A stretch of DNA of 64,000 nucleotides. It comes from an uncultured Clostridia bacterium (GTDB lineage: Bacteria; Bacillota; Clostridia; Christensenellales; Borkfalkiaceae). Position 1 is the first letter of the stretch. Every line of letters starts with the position of its first letter. The stretch covers positions 190 to 64,189 of the forward strand of contig CAJOMT010000003.1 of the NCBI GenBank assembly GCA_905235815.1, in the 5' to 3' direction. Of the stretch, positions 1-12,061 are shown in pieces. A program made the translations under genes and the position numbers. The notes beneath the pieces were generated by a model. That model was not told the DNA's origin. It was given only the letters and a program-made list of their open reading frames with translations, and did not search any database.

Positions 1-566
1 TAATTCCGGTCACTGTCGTCGAAGCCGGACCTTGTCCGGTCGTCCAGATCAAAACTAAGGAAAAAGACGGCTACGAGGCATTAAAAGTCGCTTTCGGCGA
101 AGTTAGCGAAAAAGCCATCAACAAACCCGAAGCGGGACAATTTAAGAAAGCGGGCGTAGCGCCGCACAAAGTGCTTAAAGAATTCAGACTCGACGATTTG
201 TCGGGATACAGCGTAGGACAAGTACTCACCGTTGAAACTTTCAGCGAGGGAGACAAGGTAGACGTTGTAGGTATAACGAAAGGTCACGGATTTTCGGGCG
301 TAATCAAGAGATGGAATCAACAGAGACTCAAGATGACGCACGGTGTCGGACCGGTTCACAGAGAAGTCGGTTCTATGGGCGCAAACAGTACTCCGTCGAG
401 AGTATTTAAGAACAAGCATATGCCGGGACAATACGGAAACGAGAGAGTTACCGTACAGAACCTCGAAGTCGTAAAAGTCGATACGGCGAGAAACGTACTT
501 TTGATAAAAGGTGCGATCCCCGGTCCCAAGGGCGGCATAATAACCGTAACCGATACGGTGAAGTAA
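1..566 (+). CDS. rplC: 50S ribosomal protein L3 (5' end outside window; codon phase starts at nt 3)
   Basis: Frame is open from nt 3 ([32 protein letters not shown]...) and continues into track ORF 171-566. Typical L3 sequence, directly upstream of rplD. Confidence 0.95.
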   Translation, partial: IPVTVVEAGPCPVVQIKTKEKDGYEALKVAFGEVSEKAINKPEAGQFKKAGVAPHKVLKEFRLDDLSGYSVGQVLTVETFSEGDKVDVVGITKGHGFSGVIKRWNQQRLKMTHGVGPVHREVGSMGANSTPSRVFKNKHMPGQYGNERVTVQNLEVVKVDTARNVLLIKGAIPGPKGGIITVTDTVK

Positions 567-577
567 GGAGCATTATT

Positions 578-1240
578 ATGGCAAGCGTAAAAGTATACAA
601 TATGAACGGACAAGAAACCGGAACGCTCGAACTTTCCGCAGACTTGTTTGAGATGGAATATAACGAACCGCTTATACATCAAGCGGTAGTAACGAGACTT
701 GCGAACGACCGTCAGGGAACGAAGGGTACTTTAACGAGAACCGAAGTTCGCGGCGGCGGTAAAAAGCCTTGGAGACAGAAAGGAACGGGTAATGCCCGTC
801 AAGGCTCGATAAGAGCGCCTCAATGGATAAAGGGCGGCGTCGTCTTTGCACCGAAGTCGAGAGATTTCTCCAAAAAGATGAACAAGACCGCAAAGCGTAC
901 CGCGCTTTTCTCGGCGATATCCAAAAAGATTGCCGACGGAGAATTTTACGTAATAGACGAAGTTGCGGTAAAGGACGGAAAGACGAAAGAGATGATAGCG
1001 TTTTTAAATGCGTTCAAATTCGATTCGACCGTGCTTTTGGTTATGAACGACAACGATGCGCTCGTAATAAGAGCTGCTCGCAACATTCACGGATTAAATA
1101 CTATGTCGATAGATTTACTCAATACTTACGACGTTGTTAAGAATTCCGTATTGGTAGTTGCGAAAGACGCTATACTCAAATTGCAAGAGGCTTACGAGGT
1201 ATACAGCGACGAAGACGTGAAGGAGGCTGAGGAAGAATAA
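578..1240 (+). CDS. rplD: 50S ribosomal protein L4
   Basis: RGGGKKPWRQKGTGNARQGS motif; operon position; acidic C-terminal tail (DEDVKEAEEE). Confidence 0.97.
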   Translation: MASVKVYNMNGQETGTLELSADLFEMEYNEPLIHQAVVTRLANDRQGTKGTLTRTEVRGGGKKPWRQKGTGNARQGSIRAPQWIKGGVVFAPKSRDFSKKMNKTAKRTALFSAISKKIADGEFYVIDEVAVKDGKTKEMIAFLNAFKFDSTVLLVMNDNDALVIRAARNIHGLNTMSIDLLNTYDVVKNSVLVVAKDAILKLQEAYEVYSDEDVKEAEEE

Positions 1241-1527
1241 TGGAAAGAGAAGTAATAATAAAGCCAATTCTTTCCGAAAAGAGTTATTCCATGATAAAGG
1301 ATAAGAAATACACCTTTGTCGTAGCGAAAGACGCCAACAAGACGGAAATCAAACTCGAAGTGGAAAAGAGATTCGACGTACAAGTCGAGAAGGTAAACAC
1401 TGCAAATTGTCACGGAAAATTAAAGAGAATGGGTAGAAACGAAGGTTATACGCCCGACTACAAAAAGGCTATCGTGACGCTTAAAAAAGACAGCAAGGGA
1501 ATTGCTTTCTTTGATTCGTTGCAATAA
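1240..1527 (+). CDS. rplW: 50S ribosomal protein L23
   Basis: KPILSEKSYSM... L23-like; TAATG stop/start overlap with rplD. Confidence 0.96.
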   Translation: MEREVIIKPILSEKSYSMIKDKKYTFVVAKDANKTEIKLEVEKRFDVQVEKVNTANCHGKLKRMGRNEGYTPDYKKAIVTLKKDSKGIAFFDSLQ

Positions 1528-1542
1528 TCGGAGGAACAACAA

Positions 1543-2370
1543 ATGGGTATTAAGAGATATAAACCTACTTCCTCGGCTCGCCGTTTTATGACGGTAAGCA
1601 CGTTCGAAGAAATAACGACTACCACTCCGGAGAAGTCGCTACTCGAAGATCAGAGGCATAAGGCGGGCAGAAATGCTCAAGGAAAGATAACCGTTCGTCA
1701 CAGAGGCGGCGGCAACAAGAGAAAATATCGTGTTATCGATTACAGAAGAAATAAAGACGGGATCCCCGCAACTGTAAAGTCAATCGAGTACGATCCGAAC
1801 AGATCTGCTAACATTGCGCTTTTGGTGTATGCGGACGGCGAAAAGAGATACATCTTGGCGCCTCTCGGATTGTCGGTCGGAGACAAGCTTGAATCCGGTG
1901 CGGACGCCGATATCAAGGTAGGCAATGCGTTGCCGCTTGAGAATATTCCCGTAGGTCAGTTAGTTCACAACATCGAACTTCAACCGGGCAAAGGCGGACA
2001 GCTCGTAAGGGCTGCCGGAATGGCTGCTCAACTTATGGCGAGAGAGAACGGAATGGCGACGTTGAAATTACCGAGCGGTGAAATGAGATACGTTTCCGCA
2101 AAGTGTAAAGCGACCGTCGGTCAAGTCGGCAACCTCGATCACGAGATCATAAGGATAGGTAAAGCGGGAAAGACCAGACACATGGGTATCAGACCGACTG
2201 TAAGAGGTTCTGTCATGAACCCGAACGATCACCCGCACGGCGGTGGTGAAGGTCGTGCTCCGGTAGGTCATGCCGGTCCTATGACGCCGTGGGGCAAGCC
2301 CGCTCTCGGATATAAGACGAGAAAGAAGAAGAACAAGACCAACAAGTTTATTATAAAGAGAGTAAATTGA
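1543..2370 (+). CDS. rplB: 50S ribosomal protein L2
   Basis: [16 protein letters not shown] and [17 protein letters not shown] motifs. Confidence 0.98.
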   Translation: MGIKRYKPTSSARRFMTVSTFEEITTTTPEKSLLEDQRHKAGRNAQGKITVRHRGGGNKRKYRVIDYRRNKDGIPATVKSIEYDPNRSANIALLVYADGEKRYILAPLGLSVGDKLESGADADIKVGNALPLENIPVGQLVHNIELQPGKGGQLVRAAGMAAQLMARENGMATLKLPSGEMRYVSAKCKATVGQVGNLDHEIIRIGKAGKTRHMGIRPTVRGSVMNPNDHPHGGGEGRAPVGHAGPMTPWGKPALGYKTRKKKNKTNKFIIKRVN

Positions 2371-2385
2371 GGAGGTTAGGAGAAT

Positions 2386-2658
2386 ATGTCAAGAAGTGTA
2401 AAGAAAGGACCTTACGTTCAACCGAAGTTGCTTCAAAGAGTAGAGGCTCTCAATGCGGAGAACAAGAAAGTTGTCTTAAAAACTTGGTCGAGAAGTTCGA
2501 CTATATTTCCTCAAATGGTCGGTCACACTATCGCCGTACACGACGGCAGAAAGCACGTTCCGGTATATATAACCGAAGATATGGTAGGTTGCAAACTCGG
2601 CGAGTTCGCTCCGACCAGAACGTTCAAGGGTCATGCCGGTTCAAAGACTACGGGCTGA
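2386..2658 (+). CDS. rpsS: 30S ribosomal protein S19
   Basis: [11 protein letters not shown]...[17 protein letters not shown]. Confidence 0.98.
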   Translation: MSRSVKKGPYVQPKLLQRVEALNAENKKVVLKTWSRSSTIFPQMVGHTIAVHDGRKHVPVYITEDMVGCKLGEFAPTRTFKGHAGSKTTG

Positions 2659-2673
2659 TGGAGGTAAGATACG

Positions 2674-3063
2674 ATGGCTAAGAATATGAAGATAAAGACT
2701 CAAAGAATTGAGGAAAATAAAGACAGAAGACCGAGAGCGGTTGCGAAATACGTTAGAATATCTCCTTATAAGGTAAGAGTTGTTCTCGACATTATAAGAG
2801 GAAAGAGCGTAGACGAGGCGATCGCAATACTCGAAAACGTATCTAAGGCAGGCGCCGATCCGATAAAGAAAGTGGTTAAATCCGCTGCGGCGAACGCCGA
2901 ACACAATTTAGGAATGAATTCTCACGATTTATACGTGGCTGAATGCTATGCCGATCAAGGGCCGACTTTAAAGAGAATGCAGCCGATGAGCAAGGGCAGA
3001 GGATACAGAATTCTCAAGAGAACCAGTCATATAACGGTAGTTCTCGACGTCGTGAATAAGTGA
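2674..3063 (+). CDS. rplV: 50S ribosomal protein L22 (with N-terminal extension)
   Basis: [17 protein letters not shown] core; operon position. Confidence 0.96.
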   Translation: MAKNMKIKTQRIEENKDRRPRAVAKYVRISPYKVRVVLDIIRGKSVDEAIAILENVSKAGADPIKKVVKSAAANAEHNLGMNSHDLYVAECYADQGPTLKRMQPMSKGRGYRILKRTSHITVVLDVVNK

Positions 3064-3073
3064 GGAGGACGAT

Positions 3074-3736
3074 ATGGGACAGAAAGTTAATCCACATGGT
3101 TTAAGAGTAGGAGTAATCAAAGGTTGGGATACTCAATGGTATGCCGACAAGAAGCAGTTCGGAGCTTTTCTTAAAGAGGACAACGAACTCAGAAAATTTA
3201 TCAAAAAGACATATTTTGCCGCTGCTATTTCGCGTATATATATTGAAAGAGCGGCAGGTAAGATAGCGATTACTATTCATACGGCGCGTCCCGGCGTTTT
3301 GATAGGAAAAGCCGGAGCGGAGATAGACGTTATGAAGAAACAACTTGCCAAGATAACCGGAGGCAAGCAAGTTTCCGTCAACATAATCGAAGTCAAGAAG
3401 CCTGACGCAGACGCACAGCTTATCGCCGAGTCCATAGCGGCTCAACTCGAAAAGAGAGCGTCGTTCAGAAGAAGTATGAAACAAGCGATATCCCGTTCTA
3501 TGAGAGTAGGGGTAAAAGGTATCAAAGTTATGGTAAGCGGCCGTTTGGACGGCGCTGAAATAGCGAGATCCGAACAATATCACGAGGGATCAATTCCCCT
3601 TCAGACTCTCAGAGCGGATATAGATTACGGATTTGCCGAGGCGCACACGACCTTTGGTATAATCGGTATAAAGGTATGGCTTTACAAAGGAGAGATCTTG
3701 GGCGAAGCCAAGAGATTTGAAGGAGGCGAAGCGTAA
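3074..3736 (+). CDS. rpsC: 30S ribosomal protein S3
   Basis: [24 protein letters not shown] start, KH-domain region. Confidence 0.98.
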   Translation: MGQKVNPHGLRVGVIKGWDTQWYADKKQFGAFLKEDNELRKFIKKTYFAAAISRIYIERAAGKIAITIHTARPGVLIGKAGAEIDVMKKQLAKITGGKQVSVNIIEVKKPDADAQLIAESIAAQLEKRASFRRSMKQAISRSMRVGVKGIKVMVSGRLDGAEIARSEQYHEGSIPLQTLRADIDYGFAEAHTTFGIIGIKVWLYKGEILGEAKRFEGGEA

Positions 3737-3738
3737 TT

Positions 3739-4170
3739 ATGTTGATGCCTAAAAGAGTAAAGAGAAGAAAGCAGCATCGCGGTAGAATGACCGGAAAAGT
3801 AACCAAAGGCAATAAGATTGCTTACGGCGAATACGGACTTGTAGCGGAGAGTTCCGCATGGGTAACGTCAAACCAGATAGAGGCTGCAAGAATAGCGATG
3901 ACGAGATTTATTCGTCGTGGCGGTAAAGTATGGATAGACATATTCCCGCATAAACCCATAACGAAAAAACCTGCCGAAACCAGAATGGGTTCAGGAAAAG
4001 GTTCAGTAGAATATTGGGTAGCGGTTGTAAAACCCGGCAGAGTAATGTTTGAAATGGCGGGTGTATCCGAAGAAGTAGCGAGAGAGGCAATGCGCCTTGC
4101 CGGATATAAGCTTCCCGTAAAGACGAAGTTTATAAAGAAAGAAAATAATACAGAAGGAGTTGAAGGTTAA
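3739..4170 (+). CDS. rplP: 50S ribosomal protein L16
   Basis: [17 protein letters not shown] start; operon position. Confidence 0.98.
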   Translation: MLMPKRVKRRKQHRGRMTGKVTKGNKIAYGEYGLVAESSAWVTSNQIEAARIAMTRFIRRGGKVWIDIFPHKPITKKPAETRMGSGKGSVEYWVAVVKPGRVMFEMAGVSEEVAREAMRLAGYKLPVKTKFIKKENNTEGVEG

Positions 4171-4172
4171 TT

Positions 4173-4373
4173 ATGAAAGCGCAGGAAATTCACGGAATGA
4201 CCGATGACGAATTGTCCACAAAGTTGAACGATTTAAAAGAAGAACTTTTTAACCTTCATTTCCGCCACGCTACGGGCCAGCTCGAAAATCCCAACGTAAT
4301 CAACACTACGAAAAAGGATATAGCGAGAATTAAGACCGAGATTCGTGCCAGAGAACTTAGGGCGAATAATTAA
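4173..4373 (+). CDS. rpmC: 50S ribosomal protein L29
   Basis: [20 protein letters not shown]. Confidence 0.96.
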   Translation: MKAQEIHGMTDDELSTKLNDLKEELFNLHFRHATGQLENPNVINTTKKDIARIKTEIRARELRANN

Positions 4374-4387
4374 GCGGAGGAAAGAAG

Positions 4388-4642
4388 ATGGAAAGGAATT
4401 TAAGAAAAGAGAGAGTCGGAATCGTAACCTCCGATAAAATGGATAAGACAGTAGTCGTAACCGTTGCGCAGAGAGCGACTCATCCGCTTTATAAAAAGAC
4501 AATAAGTAAGTCCAAGAAATATAAGGCGCACGATGAGAACAACGAGTGCGGCATAGGCGATAAAGTCAGAATAGTCGAGACGAGAAAACTTTCCAAGGAT
4601 AAGAATTGGAGAGTCGCCGAAATAATCGAGAAGGCTAAATAA
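4388..4642 (+). CDS. rpsQ: 30S ribosomal protein S17
   Basis: [19 protein letters not shown]...; operon position. Confidence 0.97.
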   Translation: MERNLRKERVGIVTSDKMDKTVVVTVAQRATHPLYKKTISKSKKYKAHDENNECGIGDKVRIVETRKLSKDKNWRVAEIIEKAK

Positions 4643-4658
4643 TAAAGGAGGAGCGACA

Positions 4659-5027
4659 ATGATACAACCACAGACCAGATTAAAAGTGGCGGATAACTCC
4701 GGTGCAAAGGAAATAATGTGCATAAGAGTTTTAGGCGGTTCTTTCAGAAAGTACGGCAACATAGGCGACGTAATCGTTGCGAGTGTCAAGACGGCTACTC
4801 CGGGCGGAGCAGTTAAGAAAGGCGACGTTGTCAAGGCGGTAATAGTGAGATCGTCTAAGGGACTCAGAAGACAGGACGGCACGCATATAAGGTTCGACGA
4901 CAATGCGGCTGTTATAATAGACAATCAGAAACAACCGAGAGGTACCCGTATTTTCGGACCTGTCGCAAGGGAACTCAGAGAGAAAGATTATATGAAGATT
5001 GTTTCTCTTGCTCCCGAAGTGCTTTAA
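4659..5027 (+). CDS. rplN: 50S ribosomal protein L14
   Basis: [27 protein letters not shown]. Confidence 0.98.
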   Translation: MIQPQTRLKVADNSGAKEIMCIRVLGGSFRKYGNIGDVIVASVKTATPGGAVKKGDVVKAVIVRSSKGLRRQDGTHIRFDDNAAVIIDNQKQPRGTRIFGPVARELREKDYMKIVSLAPEVL

Positions 5028-5039
5028 GGAGGACGAGAA

Positions 5040-5450
5040 ATGAAAGTTAAAAAGAATGATACCGTTTTAGTCTTGACGGGAAAAGACGCGGGCAAAACCG
5101 GTAAGGTGTTATCGTCCGATCCGAAAGCCGGCAAGGTTAAGGTAGACGGTGTAAACGTACAGAAGAAGAGCCAAAAGGCGAGAAGGGCGAATGAAACGAG
5201 TCAGATAGTTTCGCAAGTCGGAGCGATCGATGCGTCCAACGTAATGGTAGTTTGCCCGAAGTGTGACAAAGCGACGAGAATAACTTATAAAGAAGTAGAC
5301 GGCAAGAAAGTCAGAATTTGTAAGAAATGCGGAGCGAGTTTAGACTCCACGCCGGAAGCGAAGAAAGCGACTAAACAAGCCAAATCCGAAGCACCCGCAG
5401 AGGCGCCGAAGAAGAGGGCTACGAAAGCCAAAAAAGAGGCAAAAGCCTAA
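5040..5450 (+). CDS. rplX: 50S ribosomal protein L24 (Cys4 insert and Lys/Ala-rich C-terminal tail)
   Basis: KOW region KKNDTVLVLTGKDAGKTGKVL; CPKC...CKKC; 136 aa versus about 100 aa typical. Confidence 0.95.
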   Translation: MKVKKNDTVLVLTGKDAGKTGKVLSSDPKAGKVKVDGVNVQKKSQKARRANETSQIVSQVGAIDASNVMVVCPKCDKATRITYKEVDGKKVRICKKCGASLDSTPEAKKATKQAKSEAPAEAPKKRATKAKKEAKA

Positions 5451-5468
5451 AATTTAAGGAGATAAAAA

Positions 5469-6065
5469 ATGGCAAGCAAAAAGATTCAGGTTGCTAAAGA
5501 AACTGCAACCGATTCCAAGTATGTAGCGAGAAAGAGGAAACTCTACGAAGAAGAAGTTGTGCCTTATCTTATGAAGCGTTTCGGATATAAGAACGTTAAC
5601 GAATGTCCGAAAATGGTAAAGATAACCGTCAATAACGGACTGGGCGACAGCAAAGACAATGCCAAGAGCGTACAGATGGCTCAGCAAGAGATAGCGCTTA
5701 TAACGGGACAAAAGCCCGTCCTCACCAAAGCCAAGAAGTCGGTAGCGAGTTTCAAGGTAAGAGAGGGAATGAGCGTAGGAATAAAGGTTACTTTAAGAAA
5801 GGACAGAATGTACGAGTTTTTCGATAAACTCGTATCGATAGCACTTCCGAGAGTAAGGGATTTCAGAGGAGTTCCGACGAAGTCTTTTGACGGCAGAGGA
5901 AACTATGCTATGGGCGTAAAAGAGCAGCTTATTTTCCCGGAGATTCAATACGATCAAGTGGAAAAGATCAGAGGTTTCGACGTTTGTATAGTCACCACGG
6001 CTAAAACCGATGAAGAGGCGTTAGAACTTCTCAAGGCGATGGGAATGCCTTTCAAATCGAATTAA
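5469..6065 (+). CDS. rplE: 50S ribosomal protein L5 (about 18-aa N-terminal extension)
   Basis: [10 protein letters not shown] and [20 protein letters not shown] motifs; AAGGAG RBS 8 nt upstream of the ATG. Confidence 0.96.
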   Translation: MASKKIQVAKETATDSKYVARKRKLYEEEVVPYLMKRFGYKNVNECPKMVKITVNNGLGDSKDNAKSVQMAQQEIALITGQKPVLTKAKKSVASFKVREGMSVGIKVTLRKDRMYEFFDKLVSIALPRVRDFRGVPTKSFDGRGNYAMGVKEQLIFPEIQYDQVEKIRGFDVCIVTTAKTDEEALELLKAMGMPFKSN

Positions 6066-6078
6066 GGAGAGTGAGATC

Positions 6079-6264
6079 ATGGCAAAATTAGCAATGATAA
6101 ATAAACAGAAAAAGACACCGAAATACTCGACGAGAGGCTACACGAGATGTTCGATATGCGGCAGACCGCACGCTGTCTTAAGAAAATACGGTGTATGTCG
6201 TATTTGTTTTAGGGAGTTGGCGTACAAAGGCGAGATTCCCGGCGTAAAAAAGGCAAGTTGGTAA
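6079..6264 (+). CDS. rpsN: 30S ribosomal protein S14, short zinc-binding type Z
   Basis: 61 aa with [20 protein letters not shown] (CxxC...CxxC). Confidence 0.97.
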   Translation: MAKLAMINKQKKTPKYSTRGYTRCSICGRPHAVLRKYGVCRICFRELAYKGEIPGVKKASW

Positions 6265-6277
6265 AGGAGGTAAAACT

Positions 6278-6670
6278 ATGACAGATCCTATTGCAGATAT
6301 GCTTACACGCATCAGAAATGCGCTTATGGTAAAGCATGAAACGGTTGAAATACCGGCATCTAATATGAAGAACTCAATAGCGAAGATCCTCCTTGACGAG
6401 GGCTATATTGCGAAATACGACATCGTTGAAAACGGGGTACAAAGCAATATAGTTATAACGCTTAAATACGGGCCCAAAGGAGAAAAAGTCATAAACGGAC
6501 TTAAAAGAGTATCCAAACCGGGACTTAGAATTTATTCGGGCGCACAAGAACTTCCGAAAGTATTGGGAGGACTCGGAATAGCGATAGTTTCTACTCCGAA
6601 GGGCGTAATGACGGATAAAGAGGCAAGAAAGACGAATAACGGCGGCGAAGTTCTCGCCTTCGTATGGTAA
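6278..6670 (+). CDS. rpsH: 30S ribosomal protein S8
   Basis: [15 protein letters not shown] start. Confidence 0.98.
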   Translation: MTDPIADMLTRIRNALMVKHETVEIPASNMKNSIAKILLDEGYIAKYDIVENGVQSNIVITLKYGPKGEKVINGLKRVSKPGLRIYSGAQELPKVLGGLGIAIVSTPKGVMTDKEARKTNNGGEVLAFVW

Positions 6671-6683
6671 GGAGGTCGGAATT

Positions 6684-7226
6684 ATGTCGAGAATAGGCAG
6701 AGCGCCGGTCACTTTACCGGCAAACGTAACAGTTACTACCGAAAACGGAGTAATCACCGTAAAAGGACCTTTGGGTACGCTGAAACAAGACTATGATGCG
6801 GAGAATATTTCCATTTCCGTAGAGGGCAACGTTGCTCACGTAACGAGGGCAAACGACGAGGCGAATATCAGAGCGAAACACGGTTTATACAGAGCGCTCC
6901 TTCAAAATATGGTCGTAGGCGTAACTCAGGGCTATGAGAAAGGCCTTACGGTAAACGGCGTAGGTTGGAAAGTTGCTCAAACCGGCAAGGATATAACCTT
7001 ATCGGTAGGATTCAGCCATCCGGTAGTATTCAAGGCAAAAGAGGGAATAACTCTCACCGCCGTATCTCCAACGGAGATCACCGTAAAGGGAATAGATAAA
7101 GTAGCTGTCGGACAGACCGCTGCGACTATCAGATCGATCAGAGAGCCGGAACCTTACCACGGTTATGGTATCGCATATAAGGGCGAAGTAATCGAACGTA
7201 AGGAAGGAAAGACGGCGGGTAAATAA
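6684..7226 (+). CDS. rplF: 50S ribosomal protein L6
   Basis: MSRIGRAPVTLPANVTV start. Confidence 0.98.
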   Translation: MSRIGRAPVTLPANVTVTTENGVITVKGPLGTLKQDYDAENISISVEGNVAHVTRANDEANIRAKHGLYRALLQNMVVGVTQGYEKGLTVNGVGWKVAQTGKDITLSVGFSHPVVFKAKEGITLTAVSPTEITVKGIDKVAVGQTAATIRSIREPEPYHGYGIAYKGEVIERKEGKTAGK

Positions 7227-7239
7227 GGAGTAAAGCGTT

Positions 7240-7608
7240 ATGATATTAAAAGTAGATAAAAACACGGACAGAAAGAGAAGGCATCAAAGGGTAAGAAGAA
7301 AGATATCCGGAACTGCCGAATGTCCAAGACTTTGTGTTTATAGAAGTTTAAATCACATTTACGCGCAAATTATCGACGACGTTAAGGGAAATACTTTGGT
7401 TGCTTGCTCCACAATGGAGAAAGACGTAAAGAAACTCGTTGAAGGCAAGAACAAAGTAGAGCAAGCGAAAATCGTAGGTAACGAACTCGCAAAGAAAGCG
7501 ACTGCCAAGGGAATAGAGAACGTAGTGTTCGACAGAGGCGGTTACTTATATACCGGAAGGGTGCAAAGCCTTGCCGACGGCGCCAGAGAAGGCGGCTTAA
7601 AGTTTTAA
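7240..7608 (+). CDS. rplR: 50S ribosomal protein L18
   Basis: [36 protein letters not shown]. Confidence 0.97.
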   Translation: MILKVDKNTDRKRRHQRVRRKISGTAECPRLCVYRSLNHIYAQIIDDVKGNTLVACSTMEKDVKKLVEGKNKVEQAKIVGNELAKKATAKGIENVVFDRGGYLYTGRVQSLADGAREGGLKF

Positions 7609-7622
7609 AGGAGGAATGAAAA

Positions 7623-8144
7623 ATGGCAAGAGAAAATAACAGACCTCAAAGAAAGCAAGACCGTGACGAAGGCCTTTGCAAGAAACTCATAGCCGTAAAC
7701 CGTATAACAAAGGTTGTAAAAGGCGGACGTAAGATGCGTTTTTCGGCGCTTGTCGTAATCGGAGATGAGAACGGCAAGGTCGGTTGCGGAAGCGGAAAGG
7801 CTAACGAAGTACCGGAGGCAATCGAGAAAGCGACTGCACAAGCGAAGAAGGCTATGCGTCAGGTATCGCTCGTCGGAAATACCATACCTCATACGGTAAT
7901 CGGAAAATACGGCAGAGGCTCGGTTTTGATGATGCCGGCTGAAGAAGGTACCGGAGTTATAGCGGGCGGTCCCGTCCGTGCGGTAATGGAAGCGGCAGGA
8001 ATAAAGAATATCAGAACTAAATCTCACGGTTCGAACAATCCGATAAATATGGTAAAAGCGGTTATCAGCGGACTTAACGAACTTAAAACCGCAGAAGAAG
8101 TTGCGGCTCTTCGCGGCAAGAGCGTAGAAGAAGTTACGGCGTAA
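7623..8144 (+). CDS. rpsE: 30S ribosomal protein S5
   Basis: [27 protein letters not shown]. Confidence 0.98.
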   Translation: MARENNRPQRKQDRDEGLCKKLIAVNRITKVVKGGRKMRFSALVVIGDENGKVGCGSGKANEVPEAIEKATAQAKKAMRQVSLVGNTIPHTVIGKYGRGSVLMMPAEEGTGVIAGGPVRAVMEAAGIKNIRTKSHGSNNPINMVKAVISGLNELKTAEEVAALRGKSVEEVTA

Positions 8145-8157
8145 GGAGGACTTTAAA

Positions 8158-8340
8158 ATGGCTAACGTAAAAGTAACACTTATAAAAAGTCCGATAGGCG
8201 CTATACCAAAGCAGAAGGCTGTGCTTGCTGCGCTTGGACTTAAAAAAATACATCAAACTAAGGTTTTTGCGGATAACGACGCTTTGCAGGGACAACTTGC
8301 ATTGGTTGCTCATCTCGTAAAAGTCGAAAAGGAAGGTTAA
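8158..8340 (+). CDS. rpmD: 50S ribosomal protein L30
   Basis: [25 protein letters not shown]. Confidence 0.96.
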   Translation: MANVKVTLIKSPIGAIPKQKAVLAALGLKKIHQTKVFADNDALQGQLALVAHLVKVEKEG

Positions 8341-8344
8341 AACT

Positions 8345-8794
8345 ATGAGACTTAATGATTTACATCCGGCGGAAGGATCGAGAACTTCCAAGAAAAGATT
8401 AGGTCGCGGTATCGGTTCCGGGCTCGGAAAGACGAGTGGCAAGGGCCACAAAGGTCAATGGGCGAGAAGCGGCGGCGGCGTAAGACCGGGATTTGAAGGC
8501 GGACAGATGCCTTTGACTCGTAGAGCACCCAAGCGTGGTTTTAACAATCACTTCAGAAAGGAATACGTAATTGTAAATCTTGAACAACTTGCAGGATTTG
8601 AGGCTGGTACGGTAGTTGATTTCGAACTTTTGTACGCTTGCGGACTTATAAGAGAAGTTAAGAATGCGGCAGGATTGAAAGTTCTCGGAAAAGGCGAATT
8701 AGACGTTGCGCTTACCGTTAAAGCCGAAAAGTTTTCCGCGTCGGCAAAAGAGGCTATTGAAAAAGCGGGCGGAACTGCGGAAGTTACGGCTTAA
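8345..8794 (+). CDS. rplO: 50S ribosomal protein L15
   Basis: [19 protein letters not shown] motif. Confidence 0.98.
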   Translation: MRLNDLHPAEGSRTSKKRLGRGIGSGLGKTSGKGHKGQWARSGGGVRPGFEGGQMPLTRRAPKRGFNNHFRKEYVIVNLEQLAGFEAGTVVDFELLYACGLIREVKNAAGLKVLGKGELDVALTVKAEKFSASAKEAIEKAGGTAEVTA

Positions 8795-8820
8795 CATTTT
8801 ACTTAAAGCGGAGGTAGTAA

Positions 8821-10158
8821 ATGTTTAAAACATTAGCAAATGCGTGGAAAGTGAAAGAAATAAGACACAAAATTTACTGGACCGTGTTGTTTCTTGTATT
8901 ATACCGTATCGGTTGTTACATTCCGATACCGGGTATAGGAACTTCGCTCCTTACCAATTTGGAAGGTTCTGCGTCTTATTTAAACATAATGAATATGATG
9001 ACAGGTGGCTCGCTTGCGAACGGAACTCTGTTTGCTATGGGTATCGGCCCCTACATCAACGCTTCGATTATTATTCAACTTTTGGCTGTAGCGATCCCCT
9101 CGCTCGAACGTTTATCCAAGCAAGGTGAAGAAGGAAGAAAGAAGATAGCGAATTTAACGAGGTATTTGACCTTGTTTTTAGCGATCATTCAATCCATAGG
9201 TATTTTGGTCGGATTTGGCGGAGGTTCGCAGAACGGTAATTTTGCGTCGCTTTCGGCAATACTATCCGTAAGCGGCAATCCTACCGGATTCACGAATTTC
9301 TTAGCTTACGTAATCGAAATTTTATTCTTTACTGCCGGTACTTGTCTTACGGTATGGATCGGTGAAAGAATAACGGATTATGGCGTATCGAACGGTATAT
9401 CCTTGCTGATTTTTGCAGGTATATTGGCTACGGCGGCTACGAATACAATCGATCAAGTCAATTCAATTTTTGCCGGTGGAAGCTTACACAGAGACAAACT
9501 TTGGAGAATGCTCGGATACTTGTTGATAATTGTAGTCGTATTCGGCGCAATAGTATGGGTTGATTTGGCAGAGAGAAAAATTCCGGTTCAATATGCGAAA
9601 CAAGTAAAGGGCAATAAACTTTACGGCGGACAATCGACGGTTATTCCGATAAAGATAAATGCAAACGGCGTTATGCCGCTCATCTTTGCGTTTTCCATAA
9701 TGACTTTCCCCGAACTCATAATGACGCTTTTCCATTGGGAAAACGGATTGCTTTGGTGGAATACGTATTTAGGATCTGCGTCGAGTTACCCGTTCTATAC
9801 TATCGTTTTATGTCTGCTTATATTGTTCTTTGCGTTCTTCTATTCGCAGATACAATTCAATCCTGAAGATATATCCAAGACGATACAGCAAAACGGCGGA
9901 TTTATTCCGGGTATAAGACCGGGCAAACCCACGGCGGAATACTTGAAGAAGATATCGAACAGATTGACTTTGTTCGGTGCAATATTCTTAGCTATTTTAG
10001 CTCTTATTCCTTCGCTTTTGTTCAAATGGGTACTCGGTTCTTCGAGCGGCGCATTCACCGCAACGGGAATGCTCATCGTCGTATCGGTAGCGTTGGAATT
10101 CAATACTGCGCTTGAATCTCAGATAATGATGAAGAACTATAAAGGATTCTTAAAGTAA
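8821..10158 (+). CDS. secY: Preprotein translocase subunit SecY
   Basis: 445-aa polytopic protein, [15 protein letters not shown] motif, canonical position after rplO. Confidence 0.97.
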   Translation: MFKTLANAWKVKEIRHKIYWTVLFLVLYRIGCYIPIPGIGTSLLTNLEGSASYLNIMNMMTGGSLANGTLFAMGIGPYINASIIIQLLAVAIPSLERLSKQGEEGRKKIANLTRYLTLFLAIIQSIGILVGFGGGSQNGNFASLSAILSVSGNPTGFTNFLAYVIEILFFTAGTCLTVWIGERITDYGVSNGISLLIFAGILATAATNTIDQVNSIFAGGSLHRDKLWRMLGYLLIIVVVFGAIVWVDLAERKIPVQYAKQVKGNKLYGGQSTVIPIKINANGVMPLIFAFSIMTFPELIMTLFHWENGLLWWNTYLGSASSYPFYTIVLCLLILFFAFFYSQIQFNPEDISKTIQQNGGFIPGIRPGKPTAEYLKKISNRLTLFGAIFLAILALIPSLLFKWVLGSSSGAFTATGMLIVVSVALEFNTALESQIMMKNYKGFLK

Positions 10159-10159
10159 G

Positions 10160-10780
10160 ATGAACGTTATTTTGTTAGGCGCACCGGGAGCCGGAAAGGG
10201 TACTCAAGCGGTAAAACTTGCCGAAAAATATAAGATACCGCATATTTCGACGGGCGATATATTCAGAGCGAATATAAAAGGTCAAACGCCGATAGGAATT
10301 GTGGCTAAGTCTTATATAGATAAAGGGCAACTCGTTCCCGACGAGGTAACCGTTCAGATAGTGAAAGACAGATTAGAAGATGACGACTGCAAAGTCGGGT
10401 ATCTCCTCGACGGATTTCCGAGAACGGTAGCGCAAGCCGAGGCGCTGGAAAAAGTTTCAAAGGTAGATGCGGTGGTAAACATCGACGTCCCGCTTGAAAA
10501 ACTTTTAAGGCGTATAACCGGCAGGAGAGTATGTTCGAAATGCGGTATATCTTATCATATTGACTTTATAGGCGACGTGAAGAAATGTTCCGAATGTGAC
10601 GGAGAACTTATACAAAGGGCGGACGACAACGAGGATACCGTTAAGCAAAGACTTGACGTATACGTTAAGCAGACCGCACCGCTGATAGAGTTTTATAAGT
10701 CGAGGGGCGTACTCATAAACGTTGACGGAGATAAGAGCGTAGACGAGGTTTTTGAGTCGATATCGGAGAAGTTAGGTTAA
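10160..10780 (+). CDS. adk: Adenylate kinase (zinc-lid type)
   Basis: P-loop [10 protein letters not shown]; lid CSKCG...CSECDG. Confidence 0.97.
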   Translation: MNVILLGAPGAGKGTQAVKLAEKYKIPHISTGDIFRANIKGQTPIGIVAKSYIDKGQLVPDEVTVQIVKDRLEDDDCKVGYLLDGFPRTVAQAEALEKVSKVDAVVNIDVPLEKLLRRITGRRVCSKCGISYHIDFIGDVKKCSECDGELIQRADDNEDTVKQRLDVYVKQTAPLIEFYKSRGVLINVDGDKSVDEVFESISEKLG

Positions 10781-11518
10781 ATGATATATATCAAGACCGA
10801 TGAAGAAATAGAACTTATGCGCAAACCTTGCCGAATAGTCAAAGACGTGTTAGAACTCGTCGGAGACAAGATAAAGGCGGGCATGACGACGAAGGAACTC
10901 GATAAAATTGCTTATGATTACATTACGTCTTGCGGGGCGAAACCGTCCTTTTTGGGGCTTTACGGTTTTCCCGCAACGACGTGTATATCCATCGACGAGC
11001 AAGTCGTACACGGCTTTCCGTCGGACAGGATAATAGAGGAAGATCAGATCGTAAGCGTAGACGTCGGGGCGTTTATAAACGGATTTCACGGCGACGGCGC
11101 AAGGAGTTTTTACGTTGGAAAGATATCTCCCGAAAAAAAGCGTCTTATAGACGTTACGAGGGAATGTTTTTTCGAGGGTATAAAAGGGATATGCGTCGGT
11201 AGCGCTTTGGGAGATATCGGAGCGCAAGTGCAAGAGCACGCCGAGAAAAACGGTTTCGGCGTTGTCCGAGAAATGGTAGGACACGGCGTCGGAAGGAAGT
11301 TACATGAAGACCCGTCCGTTCCGAATTACGGAAGGAGGGGTACGGGAGTTCGCTTAAAGCGGAATATGACTTTGGCGATAGAGCCTATGATAACGATGGG
11401 CAGTCACGAAGTCGAGATAGACGGTTGGAAATGCGTAACGAAAGACGGTTTACCGTCAGCGCATTATGAAAACACGGTGCTTATAGGCGACAATGGAGTA
11501 GAGATACTCACGTTATAG
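10781..11518 (+). CDS. map: Methionine aminopeptidase type I
   Basis: VVHGFPS, VDVGA, HGVGRKLHEDP metal-site motifs; position after adk. Confidence 0.96.
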   Translation: MIYIKTDEEIELMRKPCRIVKDVLELVGDKIKAGMTTKELDKIAYDYITSCGAKPSFLGLYGFPATTCISIDEQVVHGFPSDRIIEEDQIVSVDVGAFINGFHGDGARSFYVGKISPEKKRLIDVTRECFFEGIKGICVGSALGDIGAQVQEHAEKNGFGVVREMVGHGVGRKLHEDPSVPNYGRRGTGVRLKRNMTLAIEPMITMGSHEVEIDGWKCVTKDGLPSAHYENTVLIGDNGVEILTL

Positions 11519-11623
11519 GAAATAAGGCATATCGGCTGATGGGGTGTAAACTGTTTGTTGGTTTGCAAAAGGAAGAAGCTGAGGATATGTCGGATTTATA
11601 AAATAAAATCGGAGGGACGAACT

Positions 11624-11845
11624 GTGTCAAAGGACGACGTTATAGAGGCTGAGGGAGTGATAGAAGAGGCGTTACCGAATGCGACGTTTAAAGTTAAATT
11701 GTCGAACGGATACGTAATCACTGCTTACATTTCAGGAAAACTTCGTATGAATTATATAAAGATAATTCCGGGGGATTCCGTAAAGATAGAAATGAGCCCA
11801 TACGACTTAACAAAAGGTCGGATAGTCTGGCGTAGCAAGAACTGA
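11624..11845 (+). CDS. infA: Translation initiation factor IF-1
   Basis: GTG start after a GGAGGG RBS gives a 73-aa S1-fold protein ([25 protein letters not shown]...). The extra 23 aa of the track ORF (from 11555) are not IF-1-like. Confidence 0.93.
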   Translation: MSKDDVIEAEGVIEEALPNATFKVKLSNGYVITAYISGKLRMNYIKIIPGDSVKIEMSPYDLTKGRIVWRSKN

Positions 11846-11880
11846 AAATTTTAAAAAACAAAATCGGAGGATTGTAAAAA

Positions 11881-11997
11881 ATGAAAGTAAGACCATCAGT
11901 AAAACCTATGTGCGACAAGTGCAGAGTCATTAAGAGAGAAGGTAAGGTTATGGTTATTTGCTCAAAGAACAAGAACCATAAGCAAAGACAAGGTTAA
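11881..11997 (+). CDS. rpmJ: 50S ribosomal protein L36 (zinc-binding form)
   Basis: Hand-translated 38 aa: [46 protein letters not shown] upstream. Too short for the ORF track. Confidence 0.95.
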   Translation: MKVRPSVKPMCDKCRVIKREGKVMVICSKNKNHKQRQG

Positions 11998-12061
11998 TTA
12001 CTTTTGAATCTAAAAATCTAAAAATCTAAATCTATAAAAAATTTCGGAGGATAATAGAAAA

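Noticed and set aside
12004-12040. Short tandem repeats of ATCTAAAA between rpmJ and rpsM; a possible mini-repeat or CRISPR-like signal.
   Set aside because: Only about three imperfect 8-9-nt copies with no spacers. This looks like AT-rich intergenic slippage or promoter-region DNA.
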